A stretch of 64,000 bases of DNA, taken from NCBI GenBank assembly GCA_002189035.1, contig NEEC01000017.1:620001-684000 (forward strand), in the 5' to 3' direction. The notes below the pieces were generated by a model. It was not told where the DNA came from. It made no database searches and was given only the letters and a program-made list of their open reading frames with translations. Of this stretch, positions 33,938 to 46,528 are shown in pieces. Positions within the stretch are counted from its first letter, which is position 1; each line of letters starts with the position of its first letter. Source of the DNA: Utricularia gibba. Its lineage: Eukaryota; Plantae; Magnoliophyta. A program made the translations under genes and the position numbers.

Positions 33938-36900
33938 ATGAATCTGCAAAGTCATCTTTCGGGGCAGTTATCTGGACCAGTGCCAAATCAAGCTGGTACA
34001 ATTCTGCCTGGTCTATCACCACAAGCGGGAAATGCTGCATCTAGCCAGATGCAGAATCCTAGCATGTATTGCAACGTTCCAAATATGGATCCAGAATATG
34101 CAGATCATCGTGTGTTTATGAGGGAAAAAATGTAAGACCTTGAATATGTTAAGAGCTTTCTTTCTTTTCATTGATCAATTATCATTCATTTTCTAATATT
34201 GCTGTTTTCAGGCCATAGCTGGTATTATGTCCGTGTGGTATCGCATTTTTAGTTGCATAAATACTAAGTTTGTTAAGCTGTAAACTTCATTTTTTTTTTC
34301 GCAGTTGGGAATGCATCGTGCATGGGAATCAACAATCTCGTGAGTGGCCAGAAAAAAAACTCTTTGATCTAGTGAAACGTTTAGAAGAAGGTTTATTAAA
34401 GAGTGCCAGGACAACAGTGCGTTAAATATTCTTATTGATGCCATTGCTTTTAAAAATTTTTCTTTTGCTACTACAATTTTTTAGTATTGATTAAATCCAT
34501 AGGTATAATCTGTATTCTTTTTTCCTCAGGAAGAATATCTGAATCAAGCAACTTTGAAAAGTCGTCTGCATGCTTTGTGCAAGCGGCCAGTGAACAATCA
34601 GAACCAGCACTTTGCTCAGCCTAGTTCTTCTCCTTCTATGGGTGCGATGATACCAACTCCAGGTTTGCAACAGACAGCAAATCTGACTGCCACTGGGTCT
34701 CATTCTATGGATAATTCCCATGCCCTTAGCACTAGTTCCAATTCAATGGCATTTTCTGCAAACAGTTATGGGAATGGGAATTTCTTGCCATCTGGAAATG
34801 GGCCTTCTACCAAAGTGCACACGGGTACTTCCATGGGTATGCATAAAATGACGACTCAAATGATCCCCACTCCTGGATTTAATAGCTCTGACAACAATAG
34901 CCTAAACTGCAATCCTAACAGCCAAGGGGACATGGAGTCACGCAATATTGCTAGCTCATTTCCTGCTGTTGAATCTTTGCCTACAACCATGCAGCCAAAG
35001 CAACCGAGTCAAAACAATCGCATTTTACAAAATACCCATGGTGGATTCAGGTCTACGTTGCAGCAGAAATCATATGGGTTATCAAGTGGCCCACTAAATG
35101 GAGCACTGGGGATGCTGGGTAGCAGTATGCCCACGATGACTGGTCCAGGAGACAATGAGAGCCATTTGCCAGGATCAATATATGGAAATTCCACCCAATC
35201 ATTTCATCAGCGTTTCGATCAACATCAGCATGCTGAAATGCTGGGTACTTTTCTTTCTTTGTTAGGTTGTTCAGTTGCTTACGTTCATGGATACATTTAG
35301 TTTCAAATTTTGACAGCATGCATTTTTTGATTTCTTTCTCCTTTTTCCTTTTTTTTTTCTGCATTCTGCATTCAGGTGGAGGAGTTGGAATAGGTGTTGC
35401 TGATGTTTCAGCTTCTGGTAACTTCTATCCTCCGGCTTCATCAGTTGGATCAATGGTGAACAATCAAAGCTTGAATTCCAAGTCTATTCAACCAATCACT
35501 AATCAGTCAAGTGGGCAACAAATAACTTCATTGAGGCCTCAGTCAGTTGATCAAACGCAGTTTCCTGTTTCTGAAAATCCAGTAGCACCCCATCAGCTTC
35601 AAAAATTTCCACATTCTTCTCACCATTTTCAACGGCAGCAGATTGTACAACAGCAGGCGCAACAGAGACAGTTAACTCAAAATCAGAATTTGATAAAGAA
35701 TGGCGCCTTAAGTCAATCTCAGTTATCATCCACATCCAATCTATTGTCACGGCCAAAGCTGGGACATGTGATGGAAAATTCCAACAAAGAGCTGCAGCCA
35801 CGCCTATCTCAACAGATGCAGCTTTCTGATGTTCAGAGTCAGTTCCAAAGTAACTCCATTGAAGACCATTCTAGATCTACTCAGTTGCTGTCCCATCTAA
35901 GTGCTGGTCAAGGTGCTGGCTCGGCACTTACTCAGACTTCTGATCTGATGGCACAAGTTATGAATCCGCAACAGCTAGTATCTAATCCGCAGAATGATTT
36001 TGGTCGTCTTTCTGGTGGTGTACAATGGTCCCAAGATGTTTCTCACGCACAAGGGCGGCTTTCACATGATCAAAATGTGGGCAGTGGATTCCATCAGAGA
36101 CTTGGTGGTCAAGATGCAATGCAACTGAATAATTTATCCTCCGAGGAATCTAAAATTGGTCGGTCTGACTCTTCACAACTTGTTGTGCCTCCAAACTCCA
36201 CCCACCATCTTGGGGGGTCAAAAAAGCTTAATCAGGAACAGCAATACAGAAATCAACAGAAATGGCTACTGTTTCTGCGACATGCACGGAAATGTCCTGC
36301 TCCAGAAGGGAGATGCAAAGAGGCTAACTGCACAACAGTTCAGAAACTTTTGAAACATGTAGAGCACTGCAATGCATTTCAGTGCACCTATCCTCGTTGT
36401 AGTAGGACTCGAGTGTTAATCAATCATCATAGGTTCTGCCGTGATTCAAGTTGTCCTGTTTGCATCCCAGTGAAGAATTTTTTGCAGAAGACTCATTTAA
36501 AGGCACTTGGTCGTTCTGATATGATATCCAGATTGCCTAGTTCTGCCATTGATGGCTGGGAATCGTTTGAGGCTAACGACGGTGTAGGTCGGACAACTTG
36601 TAATAAAAATCCAGTGACTGTAGAGACGCAAGAAGATCTGCAACCTTTTATCAAACGCTTGAAAATTGAACCACCCCACCAGTCCCTTAATGCTGAAGGC
36701 AACTCTTCCATTAGACTGGCTTCTGCTGAAGGTGTAGCCCCTACACAGGATACGCAGCATTCTGAGCAGCATCATGGCACTCTGATTCCTGTAAAGTCTG
36801 AAAACACTGAAGTAAAAAGGGAAGCTAGAGGAATTCTTGTTCAACCAACTTTGAAGATGGTTGACATGAAAAGAGCCAAGAATGAAGATGCCAGTATTGT

Positions 36901-39900
36901 GAAGTTGGAAGGTGATTCTGGTTTGACGACCATCCCCTCTGTTTCGGGTATACTGGAAATCAATAAGAGTGGAAAGGATTTAGCGCAGGCTAAAATGGGA
37001 GGCACACCATTACCCCTTGAGAATACATCCAAGTCTGGGAAGCCAAAAATAAAAGGCGTCTCATTAACAGAGTTATTTACCCCTGAACAAGTGAGACAGC
37101 ATATTACGGGTCTCAGACAGTGGGTTGGGCAGGTTAGCCATTCACTTCTGTTCTTTTTCGCACATTCTACATGAAAACCGTTGTCCTGGAGTCAATGAAT
37201 GTTATATTCCTTGCAATCGTATTTCTGCAAGCATAAGTTTTTTATGTGAACACATGCAAATTTCATGACAAGGCTAAGCATTCTTTTTCTTGTTCACCTC
37301 TAGATTCAACTTTCTTTCCGATAGATGGAATCGGTAGGTCACATCCTGTATGTCCGTGTTTGTTAAACCTTGAGCCTGATGAATGCCCATCATTTGATTT
37401 ATTCATTTGTCTGAAATATGCCTTCTGCGTTTTCCATGCAGAGTAAAGTAAAGGCAGAAAAGAATCAAGCCATGGAGCATTCAATGAGTGAAAATTCTTG
37501 TCAGTTATGTGCTGTTGAAAAGCTCAGTTTTGAACCACCCCCTATTTATTGTACACCTTGCGGTGCTCGCATAAAAAGGAATGCTATGTATTATACATTT
37601 GGCGCTGGTGAAACTCGCCATTATCTTTGCATTCCCTGCTACAATGAAACCCGTGGAGACAGCATCCTAGTGGATGGAACTTCTATTCCAAAAGTGAGAC
37701 TAGAGAAGAAGAAAAATGATGAAGAAACTGAAGAATGGGTATGTCGGGCTTAATTTTCTCTAAACATTGTGTTAAAATTTTGTTTTCTGAGGTCCTGGAT
37801 ACGTATCTTCTGTTTGCAGTGGGTTCAATGTGACAAATGTGAGGCCTGGCAACATCAAATATGTGCATTGTTCAATGGTAGAAGAAATGATGGTGGACAA
37901 GCTGAGTACACTTGTCCAAATTGTTACATACAAGAGGTTGAGAGAGGAGAACGGATGCCTTTACCTCAAAGTGCTGTTCTAGGAGCAAAAGATTTGCCCA
38001 GAACAATACTGAGTGACCATATGGAGGAACGGCTATTTTCAAAGTTGAAGCAAGAAAGGCTGGACAGGGCAAGGGTTCTGGGAAAAAGTTATGATGAGGT
38101 ATTCCAGTGACATCCCTCATGTCTGAGTTATCACTGTTGGATCGTTTTTTGGGTATCTTACTGGAAAGTCATCCTTGCAGATTCCCGGGCAGAGTCGCTT
38201 GTTATTAGAGTGGTTTCTTCTGTGGACAAGAAATTGGAAGTCAAGCCACGCTTTCTTGAAATTTTCCAATCAGAAAACTATCCTGTAGAGTTTCCGTACA
38301 AGTCCAAGGTACATTTCTGGTGCTGAGTTGTTGGAAAATGCCGAATGTAGGAAGTTCATTAACTTTTTTGCCGTGCTTTCTTGTATTCTGTAATAATCAG
38401 CAAAATTTGGCAGAACATAAAGTCCCCTTCTTGGTTTTTGGATTAGTATGAAGGCTATCCATTTTTTTGAGATTCTGTTTGGAAGCTTTAATTCTTGAGC
38501 TGTAAATTCTATCATATTCCACCCCCGACCCACTCTAATCAATATATTCTTCCTTTTTTGTTATAGTTCTGCCTGATGCCATATGATAACCTTGTCATTG
38601 TGCTTAATATTGCTTTCTCGCATTTTCCAGGTTATTTTATTATTTCAAAAAATTGAAGGAGTTGAAGTATGCCTATTTGGCATGTATGTCCAAGAATTCG
38701 GATCTGAATGCCCACAACCAAATCATCGTCGGGTATACCTCTCTTACCTGGACTCGGTCAAGTATTTCAGGCCAGAAGTCAAAGCAGTCACAGGAGAGGC
38801 TCTTCGGACATTTGTATATCATGAGATCCTGGCAAGTTTATTAGTCCTTGCTCTTCTTCCTTCAAACATTTATTGTCATTTGTTATGTGGTATTATTGTG
38901 TATTTTCTCCTGCAGATAGGATACTTAGAATATTGCAAATTGCGTGGCTTCACAAGCTGCTATATATGGGCCTGCCCTCCATTGAAGGGAGAAGATTACA
39001 TTTTGTACTGTCACCCAGAAATTCAGAAGACACCTAAATCAGATAAGCTTCGGGAATGGTAATTGGGATATATGCTGGTTGATATATCCAATACCTTTGG
39101 GAATTCACACTTAGTATGGCGCATCATACTAATTGAATTTCACATTTTCAGGTACTTGTCCATGCTAAGGAAGGCTGGGAAAGAGAATATTGTCGTTGAT
39201 CTTACCAATCTGTACGACCACTTCTTTGTTTGTCTTGGTGAATGCAAGGCGAAGGTAACTGCTTGCAGGTTGCCTTACTTTGATGGAGATTATTGGCCTG
39301 GTGCTGCAGAAGACATGATCTATCAATTGCAACAAGAAGATGATGGGAAGAAACAAAATAAAAAGGGAACCATAAAGAAAACCATTACCAAGAGAGCTCT
39401 CAAGGCATCTGGTCAAACCGATCTATCTGGAAATGCATCAAAAGATCTGCTATTAATGCATAAAGTAACGTTTCTATCAATTTTTGGGTTATCATGTTCT
39501 ACGTTATATTCACTTTGTGCGTCTCTCTGTGACTACTACTTTTCATTTTGTTTTTTTACAGAGACCCCGTTTTGGTTTTAATCCATTTCTGTATGTACAA
39601 TCTTTTTTCTCCATTAAAAGGTTATTAAGTTTTCCTTGTTTGTGCAGCTTGGTGATACTATTTCTCCCATGAAGGAAGACTTTATCATGGTTCACCTGCA
39701 GCATGCATGCTCGCATTGCTGCATACTAATGGTTTCTGGGAATCGTTGGGCTTGCAAGCAATGCAAGAATTTCCAGCTTTGTGACAAGTAAGGCTTATAT
39801 GGTGGTAGTAGTGTTATTCTTTTAACAAGTGAACACAACATATCTACTTCCATATTCCAGATGCCATGATGTTGAAAGAATGCGTGAAGATAGAGAGAGA

Positions 39901-40912
39901 CATCCAATGAACCTAAAGGAGAAGCACATGCTTTATCCAGTAAGTGCTTTAGATGTCAATGAGTTTAGCTTCTTTTTATGCACATCTGTTACTATGTTTG
40001 AAAAATGGGAATTGCAGATTGAAATCACTGATGTTCCTGAGGACACAAAAGATAAAGATGAGATTCTTGAGAGTGAGTTCTTTGATACCAGACAAGCTTT
40101 CCTTAGTCTTTGCCAAGGCAACCACTACCAGTATGATACTCTTCGCCGAGCCAAACACTCCTCAATGATGGTCCTATATCATCTGCACAACCCCACTGCG
40201 CCTGCTTTTGTGACAACATGCAATGCTTGTCACCTCGACATAGAATCTGGGCAAGGTTGGCGTTGTGAGATATGCCCTGATTATGATGTGTGCAATGCAT
40301 GCTACAAGAAGGATGGTGGGATTGACCATCCCCATAAGTTGACTAATCATCCATCAAATGATCGTGATGCACAAAATCAGGAAGCCAGGCAACTACGTGT
40401 AATGCAGGTAATTTTGGTTGAGATGTTCCATTCATGCAGCACGGTTGGTAGTTGCTGACATGTACATCAAACTGATCTTCTTATCTCTCTTTGCAGCTGA
40501 GAAAAATGCTGGACCTCCTAGTGCATGCAGCACAGTGTCGTTCTCCATCCTGCCAATATCCAAATTGCCGCAAGGTTAAGGGACTCTTTCGCCATGGTTT
40601 TGTGTGCAAGGTTCGTGCTTCTGGAGGGTGTCCTCTGTGCAAGAAAATGTGGTATCTTCTTCAGCTCCATGCCCGAGCTTGCAAAGAATCCGGCTGCAGT
40701 GTTCCACGCTGCAGGTTAGCAAAGCTACACATTCTCCTTTTCTGTTTTCCTGATTCTCAATTTCCCCTTCACATGCCACCGCTCTTGTTCATTCCGTCAG
40801 GGACTTGAAGGTGCACATGAGAAGGCTACAACAACAATCCGATTCCAGGCGAAGAGCTGCAGTGATGGAAATGATGAGGCAACGAGCTGCAGAGGTTGCT
40901 AGCAATTCTTGA
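33938..40912 (+). CDS. HAC1: p300/CBP histone acetyltransferase (HAC1/HAC12-like): TAZ, PHD, HAT, ZZ, ZZ, TAZ; -1 frameshift at 38187-38189; GC donor at 38832
   Basis: [14 protein letters not shown] (TAZ), [19 protein letters not shown] (PHD), [56 protein letters not shown] fingers, DLLVHAAQC, and terminal [20 protein letters not shown]. Confidence 0.93.
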
Positions 40913-41549
40913 CGATGTAGATAGGCACAGCTTCCTTGTTGCATAAATACACCTGAAGATCAGGGCATCATTGCCACTCTATGCCCGTCCGCCGATGTAT
41001 GCATCATACCTGGATCAGGACCTGCACCGCTCCGGTGGTGAAGTATCCCACGTCCGGTGCCATGTGCCCCAGATAGAAGCCGATTCTTTTTCCATTGGTT
41101 TGTTCAACATAAAATCCGTTAGCTAGGCCAGAGGTGGCCTTGGCCATTGCATGAGAGTTGTGGGAAGATGAAGGAAGCATTAGCCACAGCTTCTGGTGTT
41201 GTAACTGAAAGGAACAACCATACGATACGCGCATGTGTATCCAATTTTGTTCTAGTGGCAGTCATCTCTTCATCATCCTGCACAGGGATGAGAATTGTTT
41301 ATCAGTGATGGATATGCTCCATGGCATGGCAGTTGAGTTTTACTACTGTCATTCAATTTGATGTCAGAATGCATTGGAGAAGCCCGCAGACAATAAGCAA
41401 CGGCCTGAATAGAGAAACAGCAGTTATCAGTTATCTAACACCTGCACGCTTTCCGTTGCGTGCACTCGCCAGTGCAATGAATGCCGCCGGCAACACCGGT
41501 GCTTTACTATTAACTGGAGCGGAAAAGGGAGAGAAGTGCACGGGGCAAA

Positions 41550-42794
41550 ATGAGGATACTTGGGCGTGCACTTCTTCTTCTTCTTCTCTGTTTTCTCTGC
41601 GCTGCTTCCTCGCGAATTCATCCCAGAGATATGGCTGCGCTTCGTGAAATCAGATCCTCACTCGCTGACATGGATACTCGCGGCGGCTTCTTCTCCACAT
41701 GGAACTTCTCGGCTGGCGTGGATCCCTGCTCTTCATTCGCCGGAGTCACCTGCGACGCCTCCCGTGTCACCGTTCTGTCCCTGGGAACTGGGCTATCGGC
41801 TTCCCCAGGTCTCGTTGGGGAGCTTTCTCCGGCTATTTCACAGCTAACCCATCTCACCCAACTCATCCTATTCGCCGGCGACGTCACTGGAGCAATTCCA
41901 GCTAAGCTCGGTGCGCTTCGTAACCTCAGGATACTTTCTCTTACGGGTAACAGGTTGACGGGAGAAATCCCGGTTCAAATCTTTGGCTTGGCGAATCTAC
42001 ACACTCTTGATCTCAGCCACAACCACCTTACTGGTACTCTTCCGCCGGCATTTCCGGTGTTGGGCCAGCTCAGAGTACTTGTCTTGGCGGCGAACAGGAT
42101 CAGCGGAGAAATGCCGCTTTTCTTGCCTAATCAGATTCTCCACCTCGATCTCAGCAACAACAATTTGTCCGGGACGCTGCCTCTGGGAATGCCCACGTCT
42201 CTCCGGTATCTGTCGACGGCGAACAACCAAATGTCAGGGAATCTCAAAGGCCTGGATCCACTTTCCGATTTGGAGTATCTAGACCTCAGCAGCAACCAAT
42301 TCAGCGGGATCCTACCGGAGACGCTCTTCTGCAGAAGCATCACATCGGTGCGTCTCCAACGAAACAATTTGACCGGCGGAATCCCCAATTCGCCACCCTG
42401 CCCAAAATCGAAAGGATCGGCAGTTGACCTAAGTCATAACCTCCTCGAGGGAGAATTAACCACCGCATTAATCGGAGTCGAGGCTCTGTTCCTGAACCAC
42501 AACCGTCTCGTCGGTGCGGTTCCGAAGGAGTACGTGGAAAGCGTAAAAACCGGCACCATGAAAACCCTGTATCTACAGCACAACTACTTAACCGAGTTCC
42601 CGATGGAAGCCGGAGCAGCGCTGCCGGAAACTGCAGCAGTGTGCGCGTCTTTCAATTGCATGAAGTCGCCCCCATCGGGACTCTCTGGATGCCCCGCCAG
42701 AACCGCCGATCAGCTCTCTAGACCTCCGGGGCAGTGCTCTACCGCCCACGGCGGCAGCCGCTCCGACCCCTCTTCCGCGAAATATTTACCCTGA
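41550..42794 (+). CDS. Secreted extracellular LRR protein lacking TM and kinase (single exon, 414 aa)
   Basis: Signal peptide, WNFS..DPCSSFAGVTC cap, about 10 plant LxxLxLxxNxLxGxIP repeats, Cys-rich C-terminal cap (FNCM..P..CP....SRPPGQC). Confidence 0.88.
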   Translation: MRILGRALLLLLLCFLCAASSRIHPRDMAALREIRSSLADMDTRGGFFSTWNFSAGVDPCSSFAGVTCDASRVTVLSLGTGLSASPGLVGELSPAISQLTHLTQLILFAGDVTGAIPAKLGALRNLRILSLTGNRLTGEIPVQIFGLANLHTLDLSHNHLTGTLPPAFPVLGQLRVLVLAANRISGEMPLFLPNQILHLDLSNNNLSGTLPLGMPTSLRYLSTANNQMSGNLKGLDPLSDLEYLDLSSNQFSGILPETLFCRSITSVRLQRNNLTGGIPNSPPCPKSKGSAVDLSHNLLEGELTTALIGVEALFLNHNRLVGAVPKEYVESVKTGTMKTLYLQHNYLTEFPMEAGAALPETAAVCASFNCMKSPPSGLSGCPARTADQLSRPPGQCSTAHGGSRSDPSSAKYLP

Positions 42795-43522
42795 TTGGTG
42801 CTAATTTTTACTTATTTTCAGAAAGGCGCACAGTTAAATTCGCTTCTACCAACTGTAGAAATTTCAAATTCATAGTGAAAAATCGCAGCACCACATCCCT
42901 TGCGTCATACTACACTGAACAAAGAAGAAGCAGACCCCCCGGGGACGCGCTTCTTGTCTCCCGGTGTCGACGGTAATCGCCGCAGGGCCCAGGGTATAAC
43001 ACAGCGAGCCGATCTCGATCGATCGAAATGGGGTGATGATCACTGGGAGCCCTCCAGCTGCTCGACGAAAGTACCGAGTGTTCATTTTCATGCCCACTTT
43101 GGTACGGAAGCTTTCATTATTGATTGGGAAGATTGGTAACAATCATTGAATGCAGTAAGTAGCATGATGGAGAGGAGAGAAGAGGAGGGAGGGCCTGGTT
43201 CTGCCCCCACAACCCTTGAGATGTCACACAAAGGACACCTATTGTCTTTGCATTGAACCATCTTCCTGCCAGTGCCAGATGATGCCATCTCCTCCTTCCA
43301 AAACTGTGGCTTTTTTACTTCAACTTGGCCTTTCTTCCCATATTAGTACCTGAACTGAGACTGCTGTGGGAGGAAGAAGGCATGTGTATGTTAAAGCAGC
43401 CCCTTGAGTAAATTGAGAGAGCCGTTGGCGCCTCTAACGGCTACTTGCTCTCTCTGGACTGGCCTGGCCTGCTCATGAAATTTAAAGCAGAAGCGATTCC
43501 TCAAACTGATGATACCTTGCTT

Positions 43523-43541
43523 CTCTCTCTCTCTCTCTCTC
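43523..43541. repeat. (CT)n microsatellite in a 5' leader
   Basis: About 9-10 CT units immediately upstream of the ATG at 43547. Confidence 0.8.
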
Positions 43542-43546
43542 ATCTC

Positions 43547-44073
43547 ATGATGCCTAGCTTCTGCAGTGGAGGTCCTCAGCGGTCACTGCCGTTGTTCACG
43601 GTGGTGGAGTATCTGCAGTCATCCATGTCCACTCAGCTTCTCACCAAGTTCCCGGACAACACCCCCTTCGACTTCGACTACTCCCAGAGCTCCATATGGT
43701 CTCCCTACAGAGCCCCGCCCCGATCCACGGCGCTTGCGTCTCGCAGTAAACCCCCCCGGCTGCTGCATCATTCCAAGAGAATCGCCTCCCAGGTGAAGAA
43801 AAGGCTTGCTGCTGCCCTGCTCAGCTTCAAGAGAAAGAGAAGCGCCTACAAGAAACCCATAATTGGCTATTCTCCCCTTGCGCCTTCGCCCACAGCTAAG
43901 GTATGTCGATCCTTGAGTGTTTCAGTATGACTAGCAAACCGCGAATGGTTTATCATCTAATAAAGTGATGGATTCACTGGGTGCAGGGGATGATGAGAAC
44001 AGCAGCAGCCAAGCGCTTGAAGAAGAACAGCGAGAGCATCCTCTGCGCCTTTCTGGAAAAACAACTTTTCTAG
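43547..44073 (+). CDS. Conserved plant protein of unknown function, 2 exons (43547-43900, 43987-44073)
   Basis: LLTKFPDNTPFDFDYSQSSIWSP motif, a basic middle region, a GT-AG intron in phase 0, and second exon GMMRTAAAKRLKK...LF*. Confidence 0.7.
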
Positions 44074-44188
44074 AAATTATTGAGACTGCACCTCCCCAAA
44101 AGGGGTGGGGGGTGTTCGGTTATTCCTAATGACTGGAATGTATGCAGAAATTATGTATGGCTGGACGTAAAAACTATCAATACTCATA

Positions 44189-44430
44189 CCATGTCTGAAT
44201 TCTTGGAAGCTCTGTCCATTGTCTTAAAAGTAGTACATTCAGCAAATTACAATGTAGTAAGAGTAGTTTGTATTCACTTTTTCTCTCCTAACACATCTGC
44301 AGTCTCAATAACATGTCTGAATCCTTGGAAGCTCCTGTCCATTGTCTTAAAGGTGGCAGAAGTACATTCCACAGCGAATTACAATGTAGTAGTTTGTGTT
44401 CACTTTTTCGCTACTAACAGCCTCTCTAGT
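44189..44430. repeat. Two-copy ~120-bp imperfect tandem duplication
   Basis: CATGTCTGAAT(T/C)CTTGGAAGCTC..TGTCCATTGTCTTAAA..AGTACATTC..AATTACAATGTAGTA..GTTTGT.TTCACTTTTT occurs at ~44190 and ~44312. Confidence 0.8.
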
Positions 44431-44490
44431 TGATCCACAACACATCTACTGACAAAAGATGCCAACTTCCACTCAAAATCCTCCTCATGT

Positions 44491-46073
44491 TCAATTCCCA
44501 GATGGGAGAGCACAGCTTCCGTACCCTGAAAATCCAAAGCAGCATCCAATAAGCGACATGAAGAGAAAAAAAAAGGAAAGCATCCAAAATGAAAGCTTAC
44601 TGGGCTGCTGAGTAACGACGTACGCAGCGCCGCCGAAGTAGCAGGAGCCCATTGCGCGGCCCTGTTTCTGAAAGTAGTTGTTGAAGGCGTAGGAAGCATG
44701 GGCCTCCAGAGTGTTTGGGTCGAAGCAACTGGACCCGGGTTGAATCGGATGGCAATCCGCTCCGCCTTCTCCACAAGCGTAGTCAAGGCCCAACTGCAGC
44801 TTCTCCGCCGCCGCCATCGAATTCGCCACGCACCACGTTTGCCCGCTCGTCGCCGTGGAAATCCTCTGTTCCCCTCTGTTCATCGGCGCCGGGTGAGTCT
44901 CATCGTCCTTCGCCTTCTTTCTGAGTCCCTCGATCGTGAATGGGATGTCGTACACTTTTCTCTCGTCGGGGTAGAAAAGCCCGAAGTTCCTCTCCGAGGT
45001 CGGTCCCGGCTTATTATTCTCGTTGAACAGGGCGAAGAGGTATACCGTGAGTTCTGCTTTGGGGCGGAGGGGAGTTCCGCCACTGCTGAGCACTCGCCGG
45101 ATTATGTTTCCGTTGTACGCGGCGGCGTTCTCGACGCTGGCCCGACCTCGTTGGTATCGCCCTTGGACGGCCACCCCGTCTCGCTCACGATTATCGGGAT
45201 GTCGTCGTATTTCAAGGCCGACATTGCCGCGAACACGGCGTCGACTTGGGCGTCGAAGAGAGATAAGTACCGGAGCCCATTACCGGGGTCGACTACGCCG
45301 GGATTCTCTCGGAGGAGGGCGTAATCTAGAGAAATTACATCAGCGTTGGATTCATATGCGAAAAACGGGTAAACATTCACCATCAGAGAAGACCCTGTTT
45401 TCCGCAGAAACTGAAGCATCGGGTTGAAAACTGAATCCACCAATTCACGACGGAAGGCGCCGGCCGATGAAGGGTATGAGTTCTGCAACGCGCTGAGAGC
45501 AATGGGGGACGAAATTTTAACCTCATTCTGAAGCTTATACTTCGCCAGAGCTCCATAAATGTTGTACATCGCCGGAATGAGGAACCGCGTAGTGTTGTGG
45601 GTGTCCACAAACACTTCATTCCCAACGGCGATGGCCTCGATCGCCGTCGCAGGGTGGTACGCAGCCACATTCTTAAGTACCCACTCGAAGGCAAAGGATT
45701 GCCGGCGCGCGGCCGCAGAGAGGAGCTCGTTCGGGAGATTGACAGTTACTCTTACCCCGGAATGCGCCAGTGCCTTGAGAACCGCCGGGTCGGCGTCGTA
45801 GACCTTCACACGGTCCAAACCCTGAGATTTGAGAAGGCGTACGACCTTCGTCGCCGAGGGCAGGTTGTTCGCCACCCTCCCATAGTTCACCCCGATATAC
45901 CCCCCATCTGCAACACAAACAAGTCACGGAAACAGATTCAGATTCAAAAGAAATGCAAACGAATCCGAAGAAAGAACGCTACCACATCGTGAAACAAAAA
46001 GATCACCAGCAAAAGGGAAAACGCAGAAGACAAGAAGAATGAAGGAAAATCTGTAGAGAGATTCGGAATCCAT
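44491..46073 (-). CDS. Glucan endo-1,3-beta-glucosidase (GH17 plus X8/CBM43), 3 exons, -1 frameshift at 45141-45143
   Basis: Signal-peptide exon (ATG 46073), IGVNYGR, IAVGNEV, VNVYPFFAY, YLSLFDAQVDAV, VSETGWPSKGD, YLFALFNENNKPGPTSERNFGLF, and X8 domain WCVA..LQLGLDYACGEGGADC..IQPG..CF.PNTL.AHASYAFN.YFQ. Confidence 0.92.
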
Positions 46074-46528
46074 CGCCGAGGAGATGGAGCGCAGGGAGTT
46101 CCAGTGAGGAGTGACGAAAATGGAGTGGTGGTGATGGAGAGAGAAGTAAACGTGGAGTTAATGGAAGGCAGCGTAGGGGCAATGCAATGGGAATCGAGGC
46201 ACGTGGGCAGAGCCCACAGCAGGTGACCGTTTTCAGCGGACGGCTGAGATTGATTCCCGGGAAATCCGACGGCTTGGTGAGATGACCCTACGCGCCTCCT
46301 ACTGGTATTACATCCACACATTCATTTTATGTTGACTGCTGTCCGGTGGGAAAAGACATTAAAGCCCCTCCCTCGGGACTGTGACGGGTCCCTTCGAGAT
46401 CGCGTCATGGGTTGACCCGACCCGAATTAGATTTCCAAGAAAAAAAGAGTTAAATTTTTAGATGATGTATGTACTGTGTACAGATCTCCTTGCACCATCC
46501 CTGTTACGTTCCTCCTTGCAAGTTGTCA

